The notes: generated by a model not told the origin, from the sequence alone. DNA of 64,000 nucleotides from Paragordius varius (GCA_964247055.1 OZ176050.1:3596001-3660000); one strand, 5' to 3'. Shown: positions 23,366 to 38,840, numbered from the stretch's first letter. Program-made: numbers and translations.

Positions 23366-24365
23366 CAATGTTTCGAACCGGGGTATAAAGTGGAACGGGG
23401 TGATTCCACAACGGTTGGAACCAGAACCGGTTGCTAATATATAAAAATGGAAGATGAGTTTCCACAATTTGGGAAACGGATGGGGTGGTCCTTATGAATA
23501 ACGGCTCCGAAACCGGTTTTTTACATTTTGAACCGGCTCCATTTTCGTGCCTGAATTTTTATTAAATGATTTCATACAAAATATTTATGATGATAATATA
23601 AACCAAAATATCAAGACAAGGGTAAGTAACCAGCGTGTTTGTATTAACTATCGCATCTATGGAATAAATCTTATTTAACTTTAAAAAATGATTGTGCGAT
23701 GCAATTTTGTCGTTCTACTTATTTGATCTGATATTTAGCGTGAAAAAGTTTCTTTTTATGTACGCTAATGTAACCTTACATGATAAAGTTTTAATATTTT
23801 CGAATCTGTGGCCCAAAAAAGTGAGTTTGAGGGTCTTGGCCGTTATTTGAGACCACTGATAAGAAGTATGGCTTATTTTTTCCTTTATGGGTAAATGATT
23901 ATAAACGATATAGTTATAGTTTATTTGTTTTAATTAATAAGGTAAATTTTGATCTATAAATTAAAAAATATCTACGAATTATTATATTTGGGGTTCTTTT
24001 TAAGTGTTAAAGATAGGTATTAAGAAAAGAATTGCACACATGCTAATTCCATTTCAATGAAAGTTTTACTAAAGTATAAGAGATAAGTTCGAAGAGATTA
24101 TAATTAAAACTGCAGCCAGACAATATTAACGTAAACTGTTATACGAGAAATAGAAGGTATCTGAACAATAACCAATTTTGAAATTATGATGGTCGTGTCT
24201 AATGGGAAACCAAAAAAAATGTTATACAATCGATAATAAATAATAACTTATTTTAGTTTAGATTATAAACTTTATAAAAAATATAAAAATTTCTTATGGA
24301 AGTGGAACCGATTGCTTCTAAAATCTCGATCAAAAACCTGGTTCCGGTTCGTTTGAAGCCCCTAT
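23366..24365. mobile_element. Possible hAT (Ac-like) non-autonomous remnant
   Basis: Clusters of aaccgg/ccggtt/ggaacc subterminal-type motifs occur at both ends (23370-23540 and 24300-24360). No matching TIR or TSD could be demonstrated. Confidence 0.3.
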
Positions 24366-24929
24366 ATATGGTATTTTAACAATATATGTCATTTTATATA
24401 TTTATTTGGAATATATATATTAAACCTGAGGAGTTTAATAATCAAAGATAATTATTTGTTACCAAAAACTATAGGATTACTTCCATTTTTGAAAATAACC
24501 ATTATTATTTTATCACAAAATTTGATAAATATTTTCTGCCATTAAAATTAACCATAATTTTTAACCAAAAAAATTAAAAAGTGATAAATGATGAGATCCT
24601 AGCATTGGTTTCAGTTCATTTAATTAAAGATTTAAAATAATTTTTTAAAGCACCCAATAAAGTCATATTGCTTATAACAATTTATTCAAGTAAATAGAAA
24701 TTATATTGCACTTTAAATATAAATACCAAATATCGATAAGTGTATTGCAATATAAATTATAATGTTTTATAAAAAAAGGTCCAATACAAATAAAGCTAAT
24801 TCACATTTGTTATGATATTCAAATATAGGCATTGCTAAAATATATATAAAAGTAATTTATATAACATATATGACTTAGATTATATGGTTGTTTTGTTTCA
24901 TATTATAATAAAATGTATCTTTCCAAAAC

Positions 24930-27900
24930 TTATTTTTGGGTATGCAAACCCAATCCATCATATAAAGGGATCCATGATTGATAAGGTAAAATATCAGCTG
25001 TTTTGCTTGGTGGACCCTATAAAAACAAATAAGATCTTTGTAAAATATTACAAACATTATAAAATATTTTGAATTATATCTTACTCTAATTAGTGCCGGA
25101 TGAGTAAAACATTTTTTGATAGAAGAACGTTTATTCACATCCGCAACCAATAAATGATTTATAAGGAATTCCTTGGCTTCCCAAGACATTAGGCGATAGG
25201 GACCCTTAGTGTTTTGGTAAAACTTAAAATTCTGCCAGATATGGTTGACATAAAACTCGGGATCAAATGCCATGATTCGTCCAATCATTGCACATAATTC
25301 ATGTTTATCAATATTTTGACAACTATGACTTTTGGTCGAGTTATTAATGTTTGTTTCCTCGCCCTTCTTAGTTTGCATATTTACAGAAGGGCTGGTGGTA
25401 ACATCATTTCCAACAATATTGTTAGTTTGATTATTAGAATCGTCTTCACAATATGGTGAAACAAGAGAAATGGGTGATGCAAAAGGGATATGCCCAGCGG
25501 TAAAAAGATAAAGCAAAAGAATTCCCAAACTCCAAACATCAGATTTAAGGTTTGGTTCCCCATTAGTCATGGTAACGGTTTGATTAGCGGCTGAACCGGA
25601 AAAAAGTGCAGCCGTCATGCTTAACGAAGAAATTGATGAGGGGAAGAGTGAAGGAAATATGGTTGTGGTAAGCAGGTGAGATTGCTTTATCAGCGCTTGA
25701 TGTAGCGTATCAAGGTCCTCGGTAATATATTTGGCATTTGTACCACTGCTATTACTATTAAAACTAGAGTAAGGTGTTGTGCTAGCCAACAATGTCGAAT
25801 TAAGGACCTGATCCTGACTACACCGACGAACCATCATATCTAGTTTTTCTTGAGCTTCAAAATCAATAGAATTTTCAGCATTAGTCCTGACAGAAGAGAT
25901 GATGGCTTGTTTGGATTGTAACGGCTTTCGTTGAAATGTTTTGGATATGTTCTGTTTTTCTGATGGATTTTGATCGGTAGGTGAAAGATTTAAATCTTTC
26001 GCACTTTGTTCTATATCGGTATCAACAATATTAGTAGTAAGTGATGCCTTTCGAGAATCACTACTGTCAAATGATGATATGTCCGCTTGTGCAGAGGTTG
26101 TGTCCTCAATGTAAGGATAAGATTGGAATACATAGCCCGTGTGAGATGATGTGATAGATTTGGTGACCACAGGGTTATGTTGTAAACTATAATTTGATGA
26201 ATTAAGCATGGGTAATGCATCTTGTTTAGCCGTTGTTGTTGTACTATCCAGCGCCGTATATGTGTGATCTAAACTATTTGAAGACGAGGTTGAAAGAAGC
26301 GGGTTGGAATTCGGATTATGCGCACTGGGATGTAAGACACGTTTCATAAGAATTTCCGGAGCCTGATATGCTACGTGGAATGGATTAAGGAAGATACAAG
26401 GTTTCGAAGGGGTCCCATACGATGTTAGAGGAAAATGACATGCATAAGAAAAACCAGTTAATTTAACAATACCATGTAACCGTTGATAGCGTTGTGAAGT
26501 ACCCGGGAGTGAAGAAATATTATTATTATACGTATCTCCTTTGTCGTAGTAAGAGTTGTTTGCAGGTGGAAAGACATGGTTAACAATAAATATGTTTTCA
26601 GGCTTTAATAATACAAAAATAAAATTTATAACATATGATACACAAGAATGATGTTATAAAAAATATTTTATATCAACGGGAAAAAGCAAAATTACACATA
26701 TATCCAAATGAGCAATTTTGTGTGAATGCAAATATTCTAATGCGGTGCACACTTGGTATGCTAAATCCCATACCTGTGCTTCGCTATAAGCTCCCATTGT
26801 CCTAAAATGATCGATTACATGCATGCCATTCAATCTAAATAACGCGAATATGTGCGGAAAACTTAAATTAAATCTCTGCAAAAAGTAATATGTTATTTAT
26901 GTATGACAGTATTGCCCTGGCCCAGTCACAAATTGATAAAATATATCGAATCAAAAATTTATCAAATTTAATTTTTTCTTTTACTATTTAAAGGCTAGGA
27001 AAATATTATCCTATAAAATAGTAATCGTCTGCTTATGGTTAACAGTGAAAAATTGTGGAGTTTCGGCTATTCTCACATCCAGTTTAGTGCCTTAAACATT
27101 TTATCACCACACCTGCAGTCATATAAAGCATACATTTTTATAAATGTCATTGAAAAAATCAAACTTTTCCAAGATGATAATGTATCGTCGAGGCGTGGCA
27201 TAAGCACCAAACGTTGAAACTATGTTGGGGTGTGGTTGAAGTTTTCGCAAAATTTGATATTCCGTCGTTACGGATTGATATCCCCTAACATTTCGCTCCA
27301 CGTATTTGCCAACATAAATTTTTCCAGAATATTTTGGATCCGTGATATCTACGTCCGGGTGATAATGTTTGTCACGCTTATCCAACAAGGTATATAAGCG
27401 ACAAGTTTTCCCACTAAACAGAATTTAGGAATGGATTATATATTACTCCTATAAGTATCTTTTCAAACAGATTTGAGTTTGAATGGTATAAAAAATATTC
27501 ATATAAAAGTTCCCGATTAAAATTTTTTTAATAGATATATATTGCGATAAATAAACTAACCTGTAAAGCAATTTTTGTTCCAAGTATTCATCAAAAAAAC
27601 CGGATAACCATATTTTGGGATCATCACCGGTAAAAGTTGGTATGCTAGGTAAATGTTTAAATGTTAACACATCAGTACTATCAGAGCATGAAAGATGAGA
27701 GGATGTAGGTTTAGATTGTGCTACAGTATTGGAATTGGTGAGTTTTGTACCATTTGTCATGACATTCTGATCAGGGTATGGAACTGAAACTATGTTGCTC
27801 GTTGGAAAAAGAGCCGTTTCAGGTTTTATTCTAAGGCGAAATTGGGGCGAATCTCTGAGCACCATATGTTTATCTATGATGGCAGATTGTGTACGAATCC

Positions 27901-30900
27901 AATAGCAAATATCTACCCATTTATTAAGGGCGGTATTGTCCATACCATTTTTAATATTGTTATTGTTTGGCGAGTTTGCGTCGTTATCATTTTGTTTTTT
28001 ATCATTTCCATCTTTTTTGAATAAATTTTTGAGCTCCTTGGACAGAGATGGAGTCGGAGATAAAAGTTTTTCACCTGTAATTATGGATTATATTATTTCA
28101 AAATAATCAGAGAGTTTGGAATATAAACCATTTTATTAATTTAGCTTGGAATTTCAGAAGACATGAAATTAATCAACCAAATAATTTTTGAATGCAGTTT
28201 ACATCTTATTTCATATATTATAATATAAATAAATTTACTGGAATGCTGTATTTGAATTGTGAAGGGCAGTAAGGTAAATGTGTGTATAATATCTGGTGGA
28301 CAACGCCAATTTATTAGGATCCCTGATTGAGAGCTTTCGGAAATGGTAGGTTTCCACAAAATATATGGAGGTTCTAATCATTCATTTAAATAAAAATATA
28401 TATATTCCTGATCTATTTATTCGAGCCAATGTAAGTACATACCAAGGACTAATAGGTAAAATGGGAAACAATTATGCCGTTTGAATGATGTAATTTTATG
28501 CAATTCAGCTTGTGAAGGAGGTGCGTCGAAAGCCAAATCTTTGCCTATCCACGTTAATATGTCTTTTACAGCGTACTGTCGCGTGTGTTCGCGATATATA
28601 AGATCTATATTGCTTGTACTTTTGCTTTTCTATAACATTGAAAATAAATTATTTTAGTCATATTTTTGGTTGAAACGTAAAGTATCTGTTAGCAAAAATT
28701 TGAGTTAAATTAAAAAGATTAACATTATAATAAAATTTTTACTTCAAGTTCAAATTTTTTGAGCAAAAATATCGTGAAAATTGATCTATAAACTTAATGC
28801 ATATGATTAATAACAAATGGTGTTTATTATAGATAATATGCTACTTGCTACCTTAAGTTTACATGGCTCACGCTTTTCAAATCCGGCGAATTCATCAAAG
28901 TACAAGAAATAGCTACCCATATCATTGACTTTGAAGCGTTCAAAATTAATCCAAACCCTAACACTGTGTGCGGATTCTGACGTGTCAGATAAATGGTCAT
29001 CAGTTAAGTCCCCATGCTTTGATTTTGACAAAGGGGTAGTTTCGCAATTAAAAAGTTTAACTTCAATATCCTCCTGTGGCATAACTTTTGGTAAATTATT
29101 GCTATCATATTCAAACTCCACGTTAGTCCTTCCTTTAGTCTCAAGCGTAGATAAATGATGATGATGTTGTCGATATACTTGTTCACAAATTTTGCTTAAC
29201 AGTAATTTTTCAACCGAAGTTTTGGGAATGTTTAAATCTTTCGATATTTTATACCAGGACAGAGGAAATATGGGCGCTTTTCTATTACCAAGTTTATTAT
29301 TTTTGGCGGCATAATAATTGCCTAGAGCCCTATGTAACATAATACATTGCAGTTGAGTTTTACGATTTTGTAATGGGATTAGACCGTTGTTGGGAAACAT
29401 GAGTTCAAACGAAAAATTATTTATGGAGGTTTCAGAGCTATCTGATTCCCAACCACTTGAATGTGCTATATCAAAATATACGTAATATATTATAAGGATT
29501 TAAAATTTAACAAAATATAAAAAAACTTACATCTTATAAGGTTGTTATGTAAGACTAATCCAACTAACGGTTCCATGCGCATATAAGTATCGGAAAAGAG
29601 ATGAAAATTGATGAAATGATCCGAGATTAATGCCTATATTATATATATATAATATATATGTTTATAGCATATATAATTATAAATGGGTAAATAATATTTT
29701 ATTAAACATTCTATGAGCATTATATAAAAATATCTTGTCCAATATAAATTTAAACCATAATTTCCCTCAACATTATTGTTTTATAATTTTTCTATTATGA
29801 CAAAATTTATTTGAAAATTAACTTACATTATTTTCCCAATCTATGATACTTTCAGTCCGATGTTTAAAGTTATATTTATTGTGATGGTGCTGTGATAATC
29901 TGGCTGTTCTTGAGGTTCTTTTATTGGTAATGTTTGGATGTATCATACTATCTTGTATTTCCTGCATAGTTTCCAGGATTTCAACGTCTGAAATTTCAAT
30001 TGGTCCCTTATTTATAGGTTGTGTTTGATTCTTTGTTTTCATTTCACTTTTTGGTGGGGGTTGTTGACCCTGCTCATTTATAATCGTGGTATTAGGTTTC
30101 GTGTTTAAATTATTATTTTTGTCCAAAAGTAATAAATTTTTATTTGGATTAGTTGGTAATGATACATTCACAGGATTATTTTTTTCACAAGGCACATTCG
30201 ATGTATTAGATGATTCAGTCATTTTTATAGATGTAGGAGATGTAGGAGAAGGTATTGATGATTGCAGTCCTTTAGACGATTTTTCAAGGCCGTTTTGTGA
30301 ATCCGATGTTGGTGATGATAATATTTTTGATTCATCTTGTTGTCGTAATTCAATGAGTTTACGTTGGGCTTCATTCAATTTACTCCGGCTGGGTTGGGAA
30401 ACGGCCTTTCGCAATGTCGCCAAAAGACCCGTACTACTGGAACTTCCCCCAGGTGTCATTGATTGAGATTTGTCTATTTTATTGCGTAAAATATGGACTT
30501 TAAATATATTGTGATAAAAAAAGTATATAATTATGGAAAGCATCACTAATAAAAAAAACTGGTCGCATTTTTTATATCGTATTTATTGACTCGTACATTG
30601 AAATTTATAACCATCGTTTTTGGGTTGAGAAATAAGGAATTAAAACAAATTACTAACACGCTCAATTTTGTATGTCACGTTTGTAACATAAACATAGGTT
30701 GCAATAAATAAGATCAACAAAATATGCTTTAACATAAAAATTTTCATCGTTTACTTTTTGTTTTGTTTTTGTTACTGTTATGGAGTCAAACATTTTTCAG
30801 ACAGCTTAGGCATTGTTGATAATAAAAACGGGTTAGATAAAAAATTGATCAAAATTTATAACTTAAAATCCTTACCATAAGTAATGAGAATTCCCTAATT

Positions 30901-33900
30901 TTATTATATTTAAATTTATTGTAAAAAAATAAAAACTACATTTATCATAGATACTAGTATATGTATAAGATAATAGTTGGTGAATGTCCTCCCCAACTAT
31001 AAATTATGAATAAATTATAAATGCCTATTTATTTATTAATAATCACATAAATTGTAAAATGTAATAAACAAACTCACTTGAATGCGTTTTTGTAGGTACC
31101 ATATTTTCTGGGAGTGAAGATAATATGCTTGTTTTTTGAGCATCTTTATTACCTGATAAAAAACCACCACTTTTTGGTTGAGGCAATGGTGGAGATTTGG
31201 GGATGTCTGGTCGTTCTATTTCAAAAGTACCATTTAAGTAAATGATATAATTGGAAAGATTGTATATTGCAGTGATGTTTTAGTTAAAATACTGGCAAAA
31301 TTGATAAATTTAACATTTATATTATTGTTTATAATTCAGTCAAAAATAAATGAATTTATTAGGAAGAGTTTTCGATTACTACAAGTAATCTTTGTCAAAC
31401 GTAAATAGTAAAACAATTTTCTGGTTAATTTAGATGTCATAAACAACATAGACTGATTGTAAGGCAAAATTTGTAAAAAATTTAAAAAGTTCAATCTTGA
31501 CCAAAACTTTATTAAAACATTTATATTGGATATTGCCAATATAAAACATATCATTGATTATTAAAACAGCATTCCAAAAAGGTGCCTTATTTTTACTACT
31601 TGTAAAATACGTTATATGATATGTAATTTTAGACTTAAAAAACTATTTTAAACTTGGTTCTGCCAAATTATTTGAGGATGTAACATTAGCCGTTGTCATT
31701 GACTTTTTTCCAAGGCCCAAGAATTCTCGGTAATTCCGTTTAAGACCATGTCCGGCACTGCTGTCTTTAGAAGCTTCTCGTGTAAGTTGATGATGTAAAG
31801 CTTTCTCACCTAAATAGAAACATAAAAATATAGGTAATGATCGTTTTAAAACATTTATAAATGATTTATAAATTCATTACATAAGCTAATTATACAAAAG
31901 CTTAACTTTATTGAAATGATTACCTGTGAACAAAAAAATTAAAAAGTGCCGATCATACTTTCTTTTAATTTGAAATATAATCATATATATAGAAAAATAT
32001 ATTTGTTCATTAGCTCAGAGGCAGGTTTGAAATTTGTAATATTTGTTAAGCTAATCATCATCACTTATTTTGACCTGGTGTTTTGTAACTATATCTTATC
32101 CTTATAATGGGGATGAATTAATTCAAAAATATTTATTCAAATACACATTTACACTAACTTGGGCCCACTGTAGGAGTGGTAGTGGAGGAACTATTATTGC
32201 TTGAGAATAAACTGCTGAAACCACTCTTGGCACCACTATGTTTACCATTTTGTGCAGACGCTTTAGCAGACTTCAAAATGGCGGATCCCTTTGAAACATT
32301 GGCGGACAGATTCGAACTTTTGCCCGTTGCACCTAATGAAGCGGCTGCAGGGGAAACTACAAGCCCCAACATATCTTCCCCTGGGGCTTTCAAATGTTTT
32401 TGATAAGCTATGGGACTTTGTAATGCACGTAAGAAATCTCGTTGTAAACTTAACATGCCTGAAAAATGGAATAAAGTTGGAAATATACATTTATTACACA
32501 TAATTCTATTTATGAGAGTATACGCACATATATTATCTATCAATAATGTCATATTAAAACAACAATTTGATCCTTTTATCAATTAAAAAACTTATATTAT
32601 AAGTAAGAACTTATCATTTTATAAATATCTAAACCTACAAACCTAACTAATATTATAGGTTCCCAATAGCAATAACCATAATAAAAAATACTTTTAATCT
32701 GATTAATCCAAACAGCTTTGGCCTCTTTGTTGGGAGCTTGGCAAACAAAATGTATTTCTCCATAATCAGGTGATTTGCCTGAAAGCACAAATCTGCACTC
32801 ATCAGCTGGAGATTCCTCTCCGTTTTCGTCCAAAATTCTTTCCGTCAAACTAAGCTTACTTGTCTGTAATATTATTAGTTATGGAACTTTTTACATATAT
32901 ATTATGTAAACCCTTTTATATTTCAGGCATTTTTAGAAAATATTGTAACTATCAGAAATCGATTAGACATTTACAACAAACGATAAGCAATTTTTTCTTA
33001 AAAATCGTCAAAGAAAATGCAATCAAAATCTATTTTTTAACAAAAAATAAAGGAGTAAAATCTGGCGAAATAAGTTAAACTGCTTTGATATAACGGTAGA
33101 TTTAAAAATTATAAGTTAACAAAAACACATTTGTGCGACTAACCTTGATACTGTTTTTGTAGATGTATCCCAAATTGGTAAATTTTTTATTAGCAGCTAC
33201 AGCTGATGCCGAACTGCCAGAAGTGTTGGAGGGGGCGGTTGGTTCGCTAAACAGGACAATTTGTTCAAACAAAAAAACTTGCCATTCCTTACCCTTAAAG
33301 GGTTGTGAAGGTGCGTTTTGACTCACGAGTAAGGTGTCTTGAAGCAAGAGTTTTCCTTGAGCACTTACTTTACCCTAAAATTATTATACATGATATATTA
33401 ATAAAGTAAAAAAAGGAGTTTTTGACTGCACAAAAAATTAATCGGTCTGATAGATAGTTAAAAGATATTTACTGATATAGTGTTATTTCAATTATTAATA
33501 ACATCAGTATCAAGTTTAAGCCTAAAAATTTAAAAATCGTTCGGATAAAAAGATTGCAATAAAAGAAATCAGTAAATTACATCCCATCCTTGGAGTCGAC
33601 TCAATTTCATCATGTCATTGGCCGTTTTGGGGACTACACACATAACTTCCACAGCCTTTTTGATCAGCGTTGTATCGATCGTTTTTATTTGGTCCTCCTT
33701 TTCAGTTATAGCTGCATTTTTATCAGCTATGAGTCCATTCATCTTTTCAACCAGACGCAAATATTCTTTAAGGATTAATTGGTATTTCATGACCCTTTGT
33801 ACCGGTTTAATGAGTAAATCTGGGAGCGTTAATTTTTGACCAAGTTTAACCCGTACTTCCTGAAAAATATGTTTTTCAAACAATTTATATATTTATAATT

Positions 33901-36900
33901 GGAAAAATTTGATATAAAGTTAGTGAATACCTCAAAATATGAATCAATATATTCAGAAACAATGTATTCTGACTTTGGTTTGTTCTGACAATAAACAACA
34001 TACATTTGAAATCTTCTTTCCTATCATAGTAAATATATATAGAAAATCAAATAATTGACCATTGTTGTTTTGATATGCGAGAAAAACTCGACACTTTTTT
34101 AAATACGCGATATAATTATTAATTAAATATCCAAAATATTTAAGTTATGCCAAAAGAAAGTCTTGAATTAAATAACGTTAAGAAATATAAAAAAATATAT
34201 TACATATTTGACGAAAACCCATCCAACCAAATCGGGATTGTCCATACATTTTTCAATCTCTTTGCAAAATACACTAGAGCATAAATATATGTGATAATGT
34301 TAGTCATATATAAAATCATTAAATATTTTTATAATTTTATTTAATGGGCATGGTAATGCTTGCACGTATATGGCCCTTTGTTTCTTTTTTGTTTTTATAA
34401 ATATTCAGTTTTTACTCCTAACATCTTAAATCATAATGAAAAATATTCATATTTTACTGTAATAGATTGTTTCCACCCTTTTCTATCAATCATAATTAAT
34501 AGAGGATGTAAATGGTTGACGATTAAAGGTAAATAAGGTTATTGAAAAAAAGGCAAAAAACTTATAGGAAAAAGATAAAAAGTAAAATTAGATATAAAAT
34601 AACGGCGTCAGATCCTAAGAATATACTAAAAAGAAATCTAAAATAAATTATAAAAAATGAAACTCAATTTAATTATAAACCGCCAAGTAATTTTGTCTCT
34701 TTCCGGTTCCATGCCGTCAATTATATTGTTTATAGGGTAACACACATTGCAAAATATATGAAAAAAAGGTGCATTAATATAAACTTAAAAATTTACTCTT
34801 TATGCCATTCATAGATTTGTTCAATGTTGCCCCAAACAATTTTTTCTTTCTCAATCAAGGCTTCAGGGGGAACTGGGTTTTGTTCCTTTACAGCTGTCAT
34901 GTATCCATTGACGACTACCCCCAAATCTTTAACATATTCCTGTTCGGTTTCAATTAATTCAGTCAGTATATATTTGCGTTTTTCCATAGCCTGTTCCAAT
35001 TTATCTAATGAAGGACGCACAATTTCGGCATTTTTTACATTATTATTATTATTGTCATCATTATTGGGTAAACTTGGTGAATGATTAGTTGATGTGGTTG
35101 TCGTTGTGATATTGTCTGAAGAATCTTAGCAAAAAAAGTGTAAAAGTTTAGCACATTATAAGACGTACATTACAATATAAATTAGATTTTTTTTATTTTC
35201 TAAACAAAAATTTGATAATTTCTATAAATATATAAAAATAATTATTATGATTTGTGATGGCAAGAAATAAGACACTACTCTCATCTATTTATTCATTTAT
35301 TGATGAGTGCGCGTAACTTGTAAAATACCTACCTAATAAATAATTACACCTTAAGGCCAAATAAAAGGCTAAGTAGGAGCTCATTCATTTATTATTAAAT
35401 ATTTATATAATTACAATTTATATCACTACTTTTATTTCAGATTAAAACTTTTCACAATATTTGATCAAAAAATGCGTAAATGATAAATTTAAATATACAA
35501 TTTTTTTAAATGATACCATTAGTTTTATTGTTGATAGGGCTATTGGTCAAAGTTTCTTGTGAGGAATTCGTAACAGTAGGTATCACTGCTAAAGTTTGAG
35601 TTGACAATATTCGTTTAACGTTTTTATTGCCAGACTCCAAAGCAGTAGATGCCGAAGAGCGTCGTCTTTGTCCATTTTTGCCCTAAAAATATTTTAGTTA
35701 GACATATCATGAAATAAAATGGTTGCAAAAAATTTGTATGGATGCAAAAAAATTTTAAAATTATATATTTTAATTAATTGTGTAGCATTTGACTTAAAAG
35801 TTTAAAAACACAATAAATAAACAAATTTTTAGAGGTCCTAAGGTTTAATGGCAAATTTCTTAATTACCAGGATTATGTGAATTAAATTTTTTTAGTGCTA
35901 TTGGCTTTTAGGAACTAAATTTTTATTACCATAACAATTTGGATTTTAGCGATATTTGCATTACACTTGGACAAATACTTACTTGTTATATTTTAATATT
36001 TTACCGGTTTAAAAACACTAAACACTATTAATTCTTTTATTAATAATTGTCTTTTTTAATCGTTTGACATTTTATTTGTTATATATGTCTGGTCAAAATT
36101 ATATAACTTTGCTTGGGGCTAATATGACATAGGGCTAAAACCCTTAATTTACCCAATAATTAGGTCAAAATTAATATTTAGTTAACAGGTCTAAAGTAGT
36201 GAAGCAAACTTTTAATGTTTTTTGGATTGTTAACATGGTTCTTAATTTTTTTAAAAAATTTTTTACAATTGTAAGCACAGGCAGAGAGGAGTATCAATAT
36301 ATTTATAAAAATTGGAGGTTTTATATCTACTTTTGAAAATAAATAAAAAATCGATAATTTTACCAATAAATTATTATTATTATATTGTTATATTTTATTA
36401 CGCATTCTCTGCTTATTATTTTTTAATTTTTTTACCATTACAGCTAGCTAGCTCTTCAATATTTGGATGTAAAAGAAACCATAAATAAATAAATACTTAA
36501 CAACGATAAAACAAAAATTGCGTTAAAACGTAAAAACAATCCTTTTCCCGAATATAGGTTTGTGGATATCCAAAAAAATTAAAAAAAATATTTAATAAAT
36601 ATTTAATAAATATTGAAAAATACAACCAATAAATAAATGTTACCTAAAATGGTAATTTTGTAAAAAACTGATTGGTTAATAATTTTATTCAAAAAAAACT
36701 AAACCTCAGCGATAGGAATGTTTACAGCATCTTTTTCATTATCGGAAGTAGCAGTTATGGGAAACTCAAAGTTACTAACTGTACCACCACTTTTAGGGTT
36801 GGTTTCTGCCATTTTATTTTTTTCGGTAGCCATCAGTTCATCGGATTCGTTAAACGATGAATTTGTACTGTTTAGGGAGGAGGAGAAAGCAAATTTTTTT

Positions 36901-38840
36901 GAGAACTTAAAAATGCGTTTTTTCAACGAGGATGAAGGAGCTGACGTGGATGAAGAAATGGTAGATGGAACAACAATGTTATGTTTAACGGAATCATCAT
37001 GGTGGTGGGATTCACTGGGGGAACTTGAGACCTCAGTTCGACCACTAGACAAGGCAGCTGTTGAAAGGGGTGGTAATTGTAAAACGTTATGAGTGTGTTG
37101 CCGTAATTGTCCGGGGTGAAAGAGATACGTATCATCTTGATTAATGGGTATGGGTGGTTCATATTCATAACTTTAGAGAAAATATCATTTTAACACAAGA
37201 TAAAACAACGAATTTTTTTCGAAAATATGATAATTAAAATGGTTTATTGAGATATACAGTAAAAATGTGGTATTTGCGATTAATTACTTTAATCAATAAG
37301 AATAAAAAAAGCGGACTTTAAACTATTTAAAACGCAATTTGGTTTAGGACTAATGTAATGAGCGTTTTAAAAAGATAAATAAAAAAACAACAAAAGTATA
37401 CCCATCCACATCAATTTCCTCAATTTTTTGAATGGTTGGAATGAGAAGTTTCCCGTTTGCCATATGGGAGTCAGGGGAAGCCACTCTTGAACCAGCGTTT
37501 TTATCAGAGTCCTCTTTATCAAGGGGATGTTTATCGTATTCGTATTGCTTATTTTTGTGCAGTAAGAGACGATGATGGTGTGGTCGATCCTTGCTTTTAC
37601 TACTTTTATTCCCCTCAATCAAATTATTGTCTGTTGAAGACATCTGAAAAATGGACCGACCGATAGGTATTATATATATTAATAGAATATTAATCAATAT
37701 ATAAAATATACATTTTCAAAAATGAATGCGCATGATTATAGGCTTATACAAATAAAAAGATGAAATAGCGACAATGTCATGATTATCGGATATATATATT
37801 AATATAAATTTTAAAATCACAAGCCGCATAAAAAACAAAGGGAATTAACCCATTCAAACAAATTCCTAATGCGTTATAATCCGTCTTTTGGTTATCACTA
37901 AAAAATATCATATGATAGTGGTGTGCATAAAAAAATTAAATTTTAATTTCCCCATAAAAAATTATGCATTTTTTATAACACTTTTATATAATTTATAACA
38001 GGGGTATCCAACTCAAATATCTTCGCGGCTGATAAGTTTTTCATTTATTTTGAGCCCAATTTTAAATAATATATTTTCAAAATATTCATAAATTTTTGTT
38101 TGAAATCCAATTTTTTATTTTTTTAACAATTTTTAAAGCACTTTTTAGTACTAAAAAAAGCGTGTTGGACATCCCTGATATATAAAAATATAAGTTACCA
38201 GCTATCAACCGTGCTTAAAAATTAAAATTTTAATTTAGCCAAAAGTTTAATAAATATTAATAATACGTTATCATTTTGTTGATGTTCCTTGTTGTAAACA
38301 GCAGAATCTCGCAAGTCCAAATTCATTGAGATACCAGATGGCCTTTTGTTGATATCCTGCTTGGTGTTTTGCCCATTAGCTGTGCCTCTGCTATGCTTTT
38401 TACGGTGACGATTACTATGGGAATGATGTTCCCCAAATGAAAAACTTGATCTGCGCGTCAAATCGGGCGAGTGATTTGGCGAATTTGCAACAGAACTAGA
38501 TTCATTTATGAGAGCGGAACTACTTAATGGTAAATGACCTTTTGTGGCTTCGTTACCCATGATATGCCTACCACTCCAATGATTAGATATTAGATTTAAT
38601 ATTGTATTGCGTTTCCGATTAGTAGCAGTCGAAAGTGTGATATCTTGTGGTTGTGAAGAAGAAAGTTTGGCTAACTTTGATGTTGAATGCGATTTACCCA
38701 ACTTGGCTGTGGGAAACACGTCATTTAAAGTATCATCCGAGGTTATATTGAGAGCTTGAAGTAAACGGGATATCCATAATTTTGAATTCGTATCTTTAGA
38801 ATGATTAGATTTATCGAAGGATTGTGTGGATTTGAGAGAT
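24930..38840 (-). CDS. Kalirin/Trio-family RhoGEF (DH-PH, degenerate SH3?, Ig, FN3, C-terminal pseudokinase), about 20 exons, probably extending 5' to 44129 or 47622
   Basis: DH: [62 protein letters not shown] and [27 protein letters not shown]: [10 protein letters not shown]...[12 protein letters not shown]. The post-PH motif [17 protein letters not shown] is present. FN3-like: [20 protein letters not shown]...FRLRIKP. Kinase: [33 protein letters not shown] and [10 protein letters not shown]. The junctions traced are phase-compatible GT-AG. The last exon and stop (24930) are inferred. Confidence 0.9.
37999..38177. mobile_element. hAT-Charlie-like MITE (~179 bp) in an intron of the RhoGEF gene
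   Basis: Ends caggggtatccaac and gttggacatccctg form an imperfect TIR. The flanks ATTTATAA and ATATATAA form an 8-bp TSD with 1 mismatch. Confidence 0.65.

Noticed and set aside
30086-37092. Plus-strand ORFs (30086, 32176, 33612, 34824, 36718 and others) as antisense genes
   Set aside because: They are shadows of minus-strand RhoGEF exons, explained by codon bias, with no independent motifs.
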